Shown here piece by piece: positions 52,074 through 64,000 of a DNA stretch of 64,000 bases (within the stretch, counting starts at the first letter, position 1; every line of letters begins with the position of its first letter). Made by a program: the position numbers and the translations under genes. Origin of the DNA: Octopus sinensis (lineage: Eukaryota); assembly GCF_006345805.1 (NCBI RefSeq), contig NC_043002.1:92318001-92382000 (forward strand), written 5' to 3'. The notes beneath the pieces are model-generated. The model saw only the letters and a list, made by a program, of their open reading frames with translations. It ran no database searches and was not told the DNA's origin.

Positions 52074-52889
52074 TAAGTAATACTAAGCGATTAAGGGTTT
52101 AGCAACGAATTGCCTTACCACACACCGAATTTAGAAATAGCAGTCAAAGAGATTATAGCTATTTCTTCTACTAAAAGGATGCACAGAAAGGCACAGCATT
52201 TGAAAGGCAAACACAAACAGGTAAGAGAGAATGAATTAACGGCAATCTATCATACAGTTTTAAGTCACCTACGGACGTACGTTTCGAGATCAAGTCTTAG
52301 GAAAGCATAAGAAGTAGATAACTCTACCTTACCCAGACTTCTCTTTCATCAGCGCAGGATACAAACATCATGAATGATTGAATATTGAATTTTTGAGATA
52401 CTAGAAGGCACCAACTCAACTCAGTATCAGAGCGAGCTAGAAGCCACAGCTAGTATCACCAAATTCAAAGTATGATGAAAGCTTGTGTCACCAGTCCCTT
52501 CCCACCCGCGTGTAGCAAGACAAAGTGCTGTGGTCATTTACTGGGATGAATATGGTTATGAGTAACAATGAAGGGTGAAATTAATTAATTTTGGAATAAT
52601 ATCAATTACACCAAGTAGTCTTCGGCATGTCAAGCCTCATTCTAGGAAAATTTAAGTAATACTAAGCGATTAAGGGTTTAGCAACGAATTGCCTTACCAC
52701 ACACCGAATTAGAAATAGCATTCAAAGAGATTATAGCTATTTCTTCTACTAAAAGGGAGATCACAGTAAAGGCACAGCATTTGAAAGGCAAACACAAACA
52801 GGTAAGAGAGAATGAATTAACGGCAATCTATCATACAGTTTTAAGTCACCTACGGACGTACGTTTCGAGATCAAGTCTTAGGAAAGCAT
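52074..52889 (-). mobile_element. Partial-tandem hammerhead element (repeats 52074-52308 and 52653-52889)
   Basis: ~235-bp direct repeat; complete hammerhead at 52268-52358; (TA)n on both flanks. Confidence 0.8.
52268..52358 (-). ncRNA. Type-I hammerhead ribozyme with a long stem II and GUC site
   Basis: CCTGCG-CTGATGA-AA-GAGA/AGTCT..GTAGA-GTTA-TCTAC..AGACT/TCTC-GAAAC-GTAC-GTC-CGTAGG. Confidence 0.8.
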
Positions 52890-52904
52890 TGTTACTCATT
52901 GTTA

Positions 52905-52945
<41 letters not shown>

Positions 52946-52958
52946 TATATTTATATAT

Positions 52959-53006
<48 letters not shown>

Positions 53007-53016
53007 ATAATATATA

Positions 53017-53092
<76 letters not shown>

Positions 53093-53402
53093 GAAGGCGC
53101 ATGGCTCAGTGGTTAGAGCGTTGAGCTTACGATTGTAAGGTTGTGAGTTCGACTCCCGGACCGGGCTGCGTGTTGTGTTCTTGAACAAATTCATGTTGCT
53201 CCTGTTCACTCAGCTGTAGTAATGAGTTGCGATGTCACTGTTGCTAAGCTGTATCGATCTTTCCCTTGGTAGTGTGGTGAGGAGAGATTGGTATGTATGG
53301 GCGATTGCTGGTCTTACATAAAATAACCTTGCCTCGGCGAGTAACTTTCTAGGTGCAATCCCATGGTCATCCGTGACCGAAGAGGATGGCCTCTAAATAT
53401 AG

Positions 53403-53449
<47 letters not shown>

Positions 53450-54002
53450 TATGGAAGCATTTGGTAAATATAATCTTAAATACATCTTTAACAAGACGGG
53501 ACTGTCATGATTGGAGGGCTTTTTAATATCATGGATCATAGAACTGCTTTATCGGGACAGTGCTGGGAATAAAGCTAAGGGACATCAGAAATGGCAGCGC
53601 ATTCAGCTTAAGGCTATATGCAATTTATGAGTTTATATATGCCCACACAGAGATGTTACATGCATGTTCGTATATGTGTATGCATGTGTAAGTATGTGCA
53701 TATGAGGATCTGTGCATCTGTATTCATGTGAGACACGAAGTTTACTCACACATACACATATAAACTTCTTAAAACACCACACACACAACACATACACACA
53801 TGTACTATTACACACATACACACACGGACTTGTGCGCACGCACGTACCCACACATGCACACACATACCTCCTTCTTTTACACCCTCGTGTCTTAGAAGAA
53901 TTTTTTTTTTACCCATTCCCTTCCGGTCATTTCAAAATGTAATTGCATGTGAATCGTTGGCGATTTTCTTCCTCCGTCTTCCTCTCTATTTGACTTTCCT
54001 CT

Positions 54003-54037
54003 GTTTCTGAAGAAGAGCATTGCTCGAAACGTTAAAC
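54003..54037 (+). ncRNA. Minimal hammerhead with a canonical core
   Basis: GTTT-CTGAAGA-A-GAGC-ATT-GCTC-GAAAC-GTT-AAAC, within a PLE-type repeat at 53950-54110. Confidence 0.72.
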
Positions 54038-54687
54038 CATCTTTCTTTACTTTCCTGAGCGTCTGCTAATACTTTAGATGTACCACGTCCTCGTGTTGTT
54101 GTTTTTTGCCTACTAAATATTATCTGTTCATATTTTAATATCTTATAAATAATTTGAGTGTAATAATTTCAGATTTAAATAAATTTTAATGATTATAAGG
54201 GTGTCTATTTACTTCTGTTATGTGTGTGAGCGTTTGTGTATATGCCTAAATACTGCGTCTAAGCACCGTATATAACCATTAATAACGTTTTTACTTTTGG
54301 AATTTTCAGAAATTTGGTGAATTTGTGTTCTACAAACGAGAATTCATGTATATATTTAACTTAGATATTGTTTCTAAACTACAGCAGGAATCGCCAAACA
54401 TCTATCACCAACCCTAACAAGGTTGGAAGATATCAAATTTCGTTACTGGATGTCAATACTATTTATCCGTGCTAAGAGAGAATAGTACGAAGTGATGGCT
54501 AGAAACAGGTAGCCTAGTTCTGTATAAATGCCACACTGACCAAATTCTCTTCTCGTTCTTTTCTTCTTTTTCTTAAGCACTTGATTTATTTTGGGTCTGA
54601 GAATGATAGCACAGAGATGCTGGTCTCCTACATTTCCAGTCGATCAATCGACCTATTGATATTTGAACCATGAACGAACCCATTATA

Positions 54688-54764
<77 letters not shown>

Positions 54765-54774
54765 ATATCCTTTC

Positions 54775-54984
54775 AAAATGTGACCTCGTGTGTACCGTTG
54801 GCGAGTTTTTTCCTCTGTCTTCCCTTCTCTGGATCTTTCCTTCTCCTATGTTTCCGACGAAGAGCTCCGCTCGAAACGTTAAACCCTCCTTCTTTCCTTC
54901 TTTCCTGAGGGTCCAATAATACTATATTTGTTCCACGTCCTCGCGTTGTTGTGTTTTTTTGTGCTTTCTTGTTGGATTAACTTT

Positions 54985-54985
<1 letters not shown>
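54775..54985 (+). mobile_element. PLE-type solo terminal repeat with a hammerhead (54850-54884)
   Basis: GTTT-CCGACGA-A-GAGC-TCC-GCTC-GAAAC-GTT-AAAC; (TA)n on both sides. Confidence 0.8.
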
Positions 54986-55024
<39 letters not shown>

Positions 55025-55586
55025 ATATATATTAAATTAGAGATAAAACCACTATTAGGCAAATCAAACAGTCAAAAATATAAACCAAAACATAAAAATA
55101 AATACAATTAATATAATATACAAAATATATAAAATATAAAATTTTAAAATTTAAAATTATTTAAATTTAAAATTATTAATTTAAATTTTAAAATATTTTT
55201 TTAATATATATAACTATCAAAAAGTATTAAAAAGTTTAATATAAGATAAAAAGTAAAAAGAAAAAGTAAGAAGAAAAGAACGAGAAGAGAATTTGGTCAG
55301 TGTGGCATTTATACAGAACTAGGCCACCCGTTTCTAGCTATCATTTCAAGCTATTCTCTCTTAGCCCGGATAAATAGTATTGGCATCCAGTATATATATA
55401 TATATATGTATGTATGTATGCATGCATGTATGTATGTATGTATGTATGTATGTATGTATGTATGTATGTATGTATGTATGTATGTATGTATGTATGTATG
55501 TATGTATGTATGTATACGTATATAAAATTAGAAATATTGCGTTTCTAAATTTCTCAGAGAGAGACTTATACAGTAGCAGCACGATA

Positions 55587-55768
55587 AAGTGATGGTTTGT
55601 AGCCAACTTAATGTGGCATTCTCAGGAAAGGGAAGAAAGCTACTGCTATTAAGCATCGGGAAACACTGTTTCCAGCCAACTGGAAACGGTGTTTCCTGGG
55701 GCTAAATAGTAGTAGCATTCTTCCCTTTCCTGGGACTGCCACATTAAGTTGGCAACAAACCAGCACTT
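55587..55768 (+). other. 89-bp-stem hairpin with a 4-nt loop
   Basis: 55587-55675 pairs with 55680-55768: 78 Watson-Crick pairs, 5 G-U, 6 mismatches and no indels (counted by hand). Confidence 0.9.
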
Positions 55769-55787
55769 ATATATATATATATATATA

Positions 55788-56488
55788 CTCAATATGAAAT
55801 AGTGTACATTTAAACACAAGAAAAAACTACCTTTAACAGGTATTTTTTACACGCTAGAAGAAGCAGTCAAAACGACGAAAATCACATTTAAGAGCAATTT
55901 TCGAAGGGAATGAAAAATAAAAGCTTTTACCTTGTTATTTTTTAACCGTTATACCTAAGTTTCAGATTTCTTAAGCAAACAAAATAATTTGCTAGGCAAA
56001 TTCTCATCAGTAACCGTGCCATAACATTATCATATAATTTAGAGACAAATAACACGTCTCATCATTATATGTTATAATTTTTCAAAATTCACCGCGCGAG
56101 AGCAGTTTCAGTCGGCAATAAATGAAAACATGCCGAACCGACCTTCGAAATGCTAAAATCATATTCGTAAAATATATATGGTGGCGAATATATTTAGAAA
56201 TTTCACCACCAGTGGCCTAGCATGTGTAAAAAGTCAATAGACAACATATTCTCAATATAAAATAGTGTACACTTATACACAAGAGAAAACTACCTTTAAC
56301 AGGTAATCTTTTTTAAAACTATTTTCATTTACTGCCGACTGAAACTGCGCACGGTGAACTTTGAAAAATTATAACATATAATGATGAGACACGTAGTATT
56401 TGTCTTTAAATTATATGTTAATGTTATGGCACGGTTACTGATGAGGATTCGCCTAGCTAATTATGAAACCTAGGTATCTAAAACCTAG
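55788..56488. repeat. Nested direct (55788-55842/56251-56305) and inverted (~55940-56130/56319-56488) repeats
   Basis: CTCAATATRAAATAGTGTACA..ACTACCTTTAACAGGTA occurs twice; CTCATCAGTAACCGTGCCATAACATT..CAGTTTCAGTCGGCA is inverted. Confidence 0.8.
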
Positions 56489-56768
56489 GTATAACCGTTA
56501 AAAAATGCATACAAGCCTCACAACTCCACACCACCGATGTTAACCAAGGGAAAGGCCAAGGTCAATACAGATTGGTTAATAACGTCACAACTCGTTTCTA
56601 GAAGTCAGTGAACTAGAGAGCAACGTGAAATAAAGTGTCTTGCTCAAGAAGACAATACAAAGTCCGTTTCATGAATCGAAGTCACTACATCATGATTGTG
56701 AGCCCGACGCTCTAACCACTGAGCCATGCGCCTTCACACACATATATGTATACATATATATATAGTTG

Positions 56769-56850
<82 letters not shown>

Positions 56851-57084
56851 AGACATAGATGTGGCTGTGTCGTAAGAAGTTTGCTTCCCAACCTCATTCA
56901 TGGCTTCGGATTCAGTCCCACTGCGTATCACCCTAGTGCAGTGTTTCCACTATAGCCGGTGCTGAGGGTGGTCGTTATAAAAAGTGCCAGGCTTTTAAAA
57001 GTTAAGTATTGTAGTCGATTTTTGTCAACTAAACACATCGAGGTGGTGCCCCACCAAGGACTGAATCTAGTAAAAGAAAACAAA

Positions 57085-57445
57085 AAAATACTAAACAAGG
57101 GCACTCAGAGAGCGCAAACCTCCGCCGGGGCAACACCAACGTCTTCTCAACGATTAGCTAGAGATAATTTTTAAACTGAGAATATCTGAAATAAACCCGA
57201 CCGCTCTCAAAAATTAAGTAAAAAAAAACAGGAAAAATAATCCAGAATCCTTGTCGGACACTGGATCGTCCCCAAAATCTTATCAACTTGAGCCAGTCAC
57301 AAAGCTAAATATCCCTGAAAGTTTCATCCGAATCCATCCAGTGGTTCTTGAGCTATCTTGTCCGCTGACAAACAAACAAACAAACAAATAAACGCGACTA
57401 AAGACAATACCTCTGCCTTCTCTAAAGCGGAGGTAATAAATAAAA
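57085..57445 (-). mobile_element. Helentron-associated (DINE/HINE-like) non-autonomous element
   Basis: Subterminal ACCTCCGCC at one end, hairpin ACCTCTGCC..GCGGAGGT at the other, and an internal (CAAA)n. Confidence 0.65.
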
Positions 57446-59029
57446 CAAAGATATATACATATTCTCGTGTTATGTATTGTATGTAGACTTAATCTACTAC
57501 CTTGTTTAAAACTCTACCCGGTCCTAGGGCACCTTCAGCGAACTTCACCTTATTGTAGGTATCTTGACCAGGTCTAAGCTTTCACGATATCTTGTCATTT
57601 TCCTCCAACTACTCTGTGAGATCCTAAAATACTAACGGGTCCTGGAGCTGCCCTTCCCTCCCTTACTCAGGGATGATGATATGTACTTGTATCTATGTAT
57701 ATTTGTATGTATGCATGTATGTGCGTATGTATGTGTGTATGTATGTATTATGTATGTATGTATATATGTATGCATGTATGTATGTATGTATATGTGTATG
57801 TATGTATGTGTGTATGTATGTATGTATGTATGTGTGTATGTATGTATGTATGTATGCATGCATGCAAGTATGTATGGATTATGTCAGCTTACTTGTTATG
57901 TCACTTTAGTATGCTATTGGCAACATGGAATCCAGTGCAACCTGATGCATGGTCGGGTCGTCGGTGACTAAACCAGTACACCCACTAGGTTTACATGATG
58001 AAGAGGTTTACTAGAAACCTAGTAGAACTAAAAACAAGACTTGTCAAAATGACAGATAAACCTAGTGTAGGTTCAACGACTATCGAGCAATAGCACGGGC
58101 CTCCATACATTCCGGGTTGGTGTCCGGCGTGCTAGAGTGAGGCACTCCTTAAGTTTTGCTAAAACACGTCTCTAGGAGAAGATATATAGAGAATGTTGTT
58201 CGGAATATTTTGCTTGCGCTTAAGATCATGGAGCGCCCACGTTCCTGAGCCTGCGACCCATATTGACACTTGATATCTTGCCCTGGCATGTCTCTGTATC
58301 ATTTCAGTAAGGTGGAGAGGACCCGAGAGGTGATATGCAAGCCTTATTGGACCTAAAATTTGAGGTTGTGCAATCGCTAACGAGGTGGCTTTCCAAAATC
58401 CGTTCGAGTAGGAGGTCGCCGCGGTAAGCTTCGAAGCCGAGGGCGCAAACCCAGGTGCAGTCCATCGCATTCGCAATAACCTCATGAACGAACATACTGA
58501 GATTTTGCGTGGTCAAGAGTCATCTTTTGTCTTCTTTGGTCACGAGTGGACAGTCATCACGTATGTATGTATGTATGTATGTATGTATGTATGTATGTAT
58601 GTATTATGTATGAATGAATGTATGTATGTATGTATGTATGTATGTATGTATGTATGTATGTGTGTGTATGTATGTGTCATCTTTTGTCCCTCTTTGGTCA
58701 CGAGTGGACAGTCATCATGTATGTATGTATGTATGTATGTATGTATGTATGTATGTGTATGTAGGTATGTATATATGTATGTATGTATGTATGTACGTAT
58801 GCATGCATGTATGTATGTATGTATATATGTATGTATGTATGTGTGTATTTATGTATGTATAATTTTTCTTTGAGTTTGATTTAAGTTGTTTTGGGGAGGG
58901 TTCAAGCTAGTCGCTAACAAAGTAACAAGACTTTTTGAGTTACGAAAGTTCCCGATGTTTGTAAATATGTGATTGAGTTTGTGTGTTGGCTGAACTGCCG
59001 ATGCATACACCCAAGAATGAGCATCTGTT

Positions 59030-60510
59030 CACATAAGAACCTCAGATGGAGAATTTTTGGAATGTCTTACAAATCTTCACTGCGCCACTAATAGACTGGA
59101 TTTGGAGAATCCGCGTCAGTCTCTTTTGCACCTTTTCCGCTAGTTTTTCTCTTTTTGTGTAAATTTGTTGGTGATAGGTACAAATGGGAATTCATTAGGC
59201 AAGGTACGAGAGCTATAACTTCCATATTAATTCGGCATAAATGTTCTCTTTTTCCTGGAGTTTTGATTGTGCATTCACATCCGCTGGGCAGCTGACCTCT
59301 ACAACAGTGCATGACTTCGCTGTCCCATAAAACAATATCAAGTCTGTTATGTTAACACCGAATTGATGTTTTTATTCTGGGTATTCTACTAGTATTCCTT
59401 GTTTTGAAAGGTGTGAAAGCCTACTGGTTCTATCCTTCCTACGGATAGCATTGCAAATAGTCTTTGTCCGTCTTGTTTATCAGGTATTTAGTAGCTATCT
59501 CCTGTTCCTCGATAGCGAATGTTTATCTTTCTATGTGGGGTGTAATGTTCCTATTTGCAGGTCCAGGAGAAGCTTGTCTTCCGGTTAACACTTTTGTTGC
59601 CTTCTAGCCTATAGGATATGTACCCGCTCATTGATTTTTGCTGGTATGATGTCTGCTTCTCACCCAAGGTTCTGTTTAGGTAGGCTAGTATAGCCTCGTT
59701 TGTATCGCATAAGACAGTTGTATTTTCAGAGTACCTACACAGTAGTTCTTCAACTCTGAAGATTTTGTTGCTATCACTTTTGAGTATGCATGGAATGTAC
59801 TCATTTCTCTTTTTGATAAAATGCGACATTCAAAGGCTGTTTAGACTGACCTTACACCTCTTCTACCATCATCACTTCGTCTCACATAAATCATAACAGC
59901 ATCAATGTTAATTTAGAAATTGCCAGTGGTGATCAGTACCTTTCTGGTTTGATGTCCAGGTTACGTATCTCATGGAGTGTCCATTTCAATATCCCAAACG
60001 TAGGAACTAGCACTGGTACTGCAAAGGCACAGTGAGATATTGCCTTGTGAAATACAAACAGCTCTGAGCCTCACATTTTCTGGAGTCTACAGAAGTACTG
60101 TTTTATTATTCTGGCTTTAGTCACAACGCCAATGTTTGTAACATAGATAATCCGTTGATGTACGTTTTCTGCCTGGTCGACAAACTTTCCTCGGTTGACT
60201 ATCATGTTTGAGAATTTATCTTGCCCAAACCCCATTCCTATGTCTCGTGAGAATGTTATGACTAGTTCTAATTGTCTCTTTATATTGATCATATTAGCAG
60301 AATATAACTTTAGGTCATCACCAAAATGGGCGGGTGGCATTCATTTTATCATTTTATTCTTTACTGCATATCTTAGCATGTAGCATTGGCATTTTGTCAA
60401 CAGGGCTGACAAGGGATTCATTGCCAGTACATACAGCATTACAGATTAACTATCACCCAGGAATATGCCTGTTGATAGCTTAATTCTGTTTGTAATAGGT
60501 GTTGCTTTAG
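59030..60510 (-). mobile_element. Degenerate R4/Dong-like LINE RT fragment
   Basis: GIFLGDS*SVMLYVLAMNPLS, GDDLKLYS..FSRDIGMGFGQDK, IYVRRSDGRRGV; many stops and frameshifts. Confidence 0.8.
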
Positions 60511-61468
60511 TAGTTGTCAATGATCACTATGTGGACCATGTTGCAGTAGCCTTCACTATAGCAAATCGTGGTTTTAGCAAGATGTAATGATTCTAACACC
60601 GATAAGTGAGGCACAAAGTCGAACACTTTGTATGTATGCATGTATGTATGTATGTATGTGTGTGTGTGTGCACGCACGCGCGCGAGTGTTTGGTTACGCA
60701 TATATGTGTGCCGAGTGCTGTTTGGCTCTAAAACAGCATTGATCTTAGCGGGCCTATAAGCAAAACTGTATATAGTCTCATTTTCTCAATATATTTAGGA
60801 CTAAATTATCGAGTATGTCGTTTTACTTTGAAGTCGAGGCTTAGCAGATCAAATATTTACGGAGATTATAGATTATAGATGAACATAAGTGGAACACTAA
60901 ACACGTGAATGGAAAATACTAGACCTGCGGCAGACAAACGCAGTTCACACGCGATCGCATAGAAAATATAGAGATGCATGTGTAGTTATTTTTGTAGTTT
61001 TTTTTGCCTATTGCTCTACTTCTATTTATTTATTTATTTATATTATTTTGATAAATAGAAATCTTTCTACAAAGAAATGAATGCTTCTTTCTCTAAAATG
61101 AAAAATATATATAAATAAGCGTGAGGTGAAAAGCTTGTTTTCCAACCACATGGTTTTGGGTTCAGTCCCACTGCATAGCACTTTGGCCAAGTATTTTCGA
61201 TTATAACCTTGGACCGACCAAAGCCATCTGAGTGAGTTTGGTGGACGAAAACTGAAAGATGCCTGTCATATATATATACATGGGGCTGAGTGGTAAGTAG
61301 CTTGCTTATCAACCACATGGTTCCGGGTTCAGTCCCACTGCGTGGCACCTTCGGCAAATGTCTTCTAATATTGCCTCGGGCCGACCAAGGCCTTGTGAGT
61401 GGATTTGGGAGACAGAAGCAAATAAAATGACTGAAACAAATAAAAGAATAAAAGAAAAAAAATAAAGA

Positions 61469-61506
<38 letters not shown>

Positions 61507-61516
<10 letters not shown>

Positions 61517-61777
61517 AATAGTAAAAAGTGAAAAAACTACAGAAGGCTTGTTTTAAAAGGTTAAAGAATATATATTTGAGTCAATATGTCTGAAGAATAT
61601 TATAAATTTTTTTCTTACAATGACATAGTTTAGAAGAAATTAAATTTTTTTCTTACAATGACATTGTAAGAAAAAAATTTATAATATTCTTCAGACATAT
61701 TGACTCAAATATATATTCTTTAACCTTTTAAAACAAGCCTTCTGTAGTTTTTTCACTTTTTACTATTTTCTATATAT
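61507..61777. repeat. Perfect palindrome with ~116-bp arms and a 39-nt spacer
   Basis: 61507-61622 is the exact reverse complement of 61662-61777 by eye; the spacer holds a direct copy of the arm end. Confidence 0.95.
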
Positions 61778-61810
61778 TCAACCACGTGCTTTCACAAACC
61801 AACTTTCTCA

Positions 61811-61849
<39 letters not shown>

Positions 61850-62298
61850 TATATATATGTATGTATGTATTATATATATATACATATATAAATAATATAT
61901 AAATATATGCATATATACATACATATATGTACATACCTACGTCTATATATATATATACATGCATATATGGGTACAGGACATTAAAAAACGTTGAACACAA
62001 TGAGAAACGAAAACATAAAAACAAAAACATGGATACGAACTTTATTTCAAACAACGAAAAAACAGAGTACAAGACATGCAACACAAGGAAAATTCCCCTT
62101 CTTCTGTTGTCCCTGTTTCGTATGCTCCGCGTTTCGAAGGCGATCCCTGCTATACTCTTTCGCCACAACTTTCTCTCACTTCTGTTAGCCTGCTCGCTTA
62201 TCCAGCGGGTGGCGTCATTTGAAGGCTAAAACAATGCGAAGCGCATTGTAACCAGCGATGTGTAGCAACATCTGATGGCCTGATCGGTCACGGTCACG

Positions 62299-62361
<63 letters not shown>

Positions 62362-62879
62362 TAATAGGATAAAATCTTTATAAGAATGTATCAAGTAGTT
62401 AGCTTGAAAAACTTCATAAGAGAAACAATCCGCTAATTTTTTCACGTAAATATATTTATTTATATTATATAGAGGGCATTACTATACATAAATGTCATAC
62501 GCTAGGAGGGACTGTTAAAGTGAAAACTATCAAAATAAATAAATACATCGTACCGAATGCAACTCTCAAAGCAAGTCATTTAAAAACAGAATTTAGCTGC
62601 ATATCACCATGATTTCATAATTAGTGCACTAATGCACTTTTTAATCCTCGGTGCAAGCATAATTCAAGATTTAAAACGAATGAACAAAATCAACATACCA
62701 GACGATCAACCAATGTATCCAACGTAGCATATAGAAATGTTCACCCTTTATACACCTATGAAAATGGCGGGCTTTTTCGAATTTCATTTCGGTAACAACG
62801 TGCCTATTCGCAAAATAAATTCAGTACTGAATATACTCCGGTTAAATTTACAATTTAAATATGGATAAAATCGTTCGCC

Positions 62880-63050
62880 ATGATAGATCGCTAGCCACTA
62901 CACTTTCTTTATTTTCTCTCGTTGTTTCTTTCTGTGTTCCTTTCTGTGGAAGAGCGTAAGCTCGAAGCGTTAAAGACTTTTTCACTTCCCGAGCGTTATA
63001 CTAATACATCTGTTTGTTGTCTACACCACCTGTCTTCATCTTTTGTTTTA
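62880..63050 (+). mobile_element. Degenerate PLE terminal repeat (hammerhead remnant 62940-62975)
   Basis: CTTT-CTGTGGA-A-GAGC-GTAA-GCTC-GAAGC-GTT-AAAG; homologous to 29840-30015. Confidence 0.65.
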
Positions 63051-63069
63051 TATATATATATATATATGT

Positions 63070-64000
<931 letters not shown>

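Noticed and set aside
58150-58520. 108-aa and 70-aa ORFs as a host gene
   Set aside because: No splice signals or recognisable domain; more likely a decayed retroelement end, too weak to classify.

Overview
Eukaryotic, AT-rich, repeat-saturated window, most likely from an octopus (inferred from the tRNA-derived SINE families and microsatellite density; not database-checked). I find no confidently identifiable host gene, so it is probably intergenic or a large intron. It contains several tRNA-derived SINE families and many decayed transposons: Penelope-like elements (PLE; RT with YIDD and GIY-YIG), R4/Dong-like, L1/Tx1-like and RTE-like LINEs, a gypsy gag remnant, mariner/Tc1, piggyBac, Helitron and Helentron. 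It also has microsatellites, minisatellites and fold-back palindromes. Most entries in the ORF track are microsatellite artefacts. The strongest hidden signal is about 11 minimal type-I hammerhead-ribozyme motifs (intact to degenerate) in several short PLE-related families, mostly next to (TA)n tracts. They show stem covariation, palindromic loop 3, fixed core variants (U4C, A6U), a compensatory G3-C8 core swap, and one retrozyme-like 581-nt cleavage-to-cleavage unit. Other leads are a ~1 kb 21-bp array whose common variants are synonymous (TPVEVTL on +, missed by the ORF track), an 89-bp hairpin with strand-biased G-U pairs, a PLE with a microsatellite-encoded poly-Asn linker, and a (TAA)n-flanked non-autonomous family. 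Coordinates were read by eye and may be off by a few bases.
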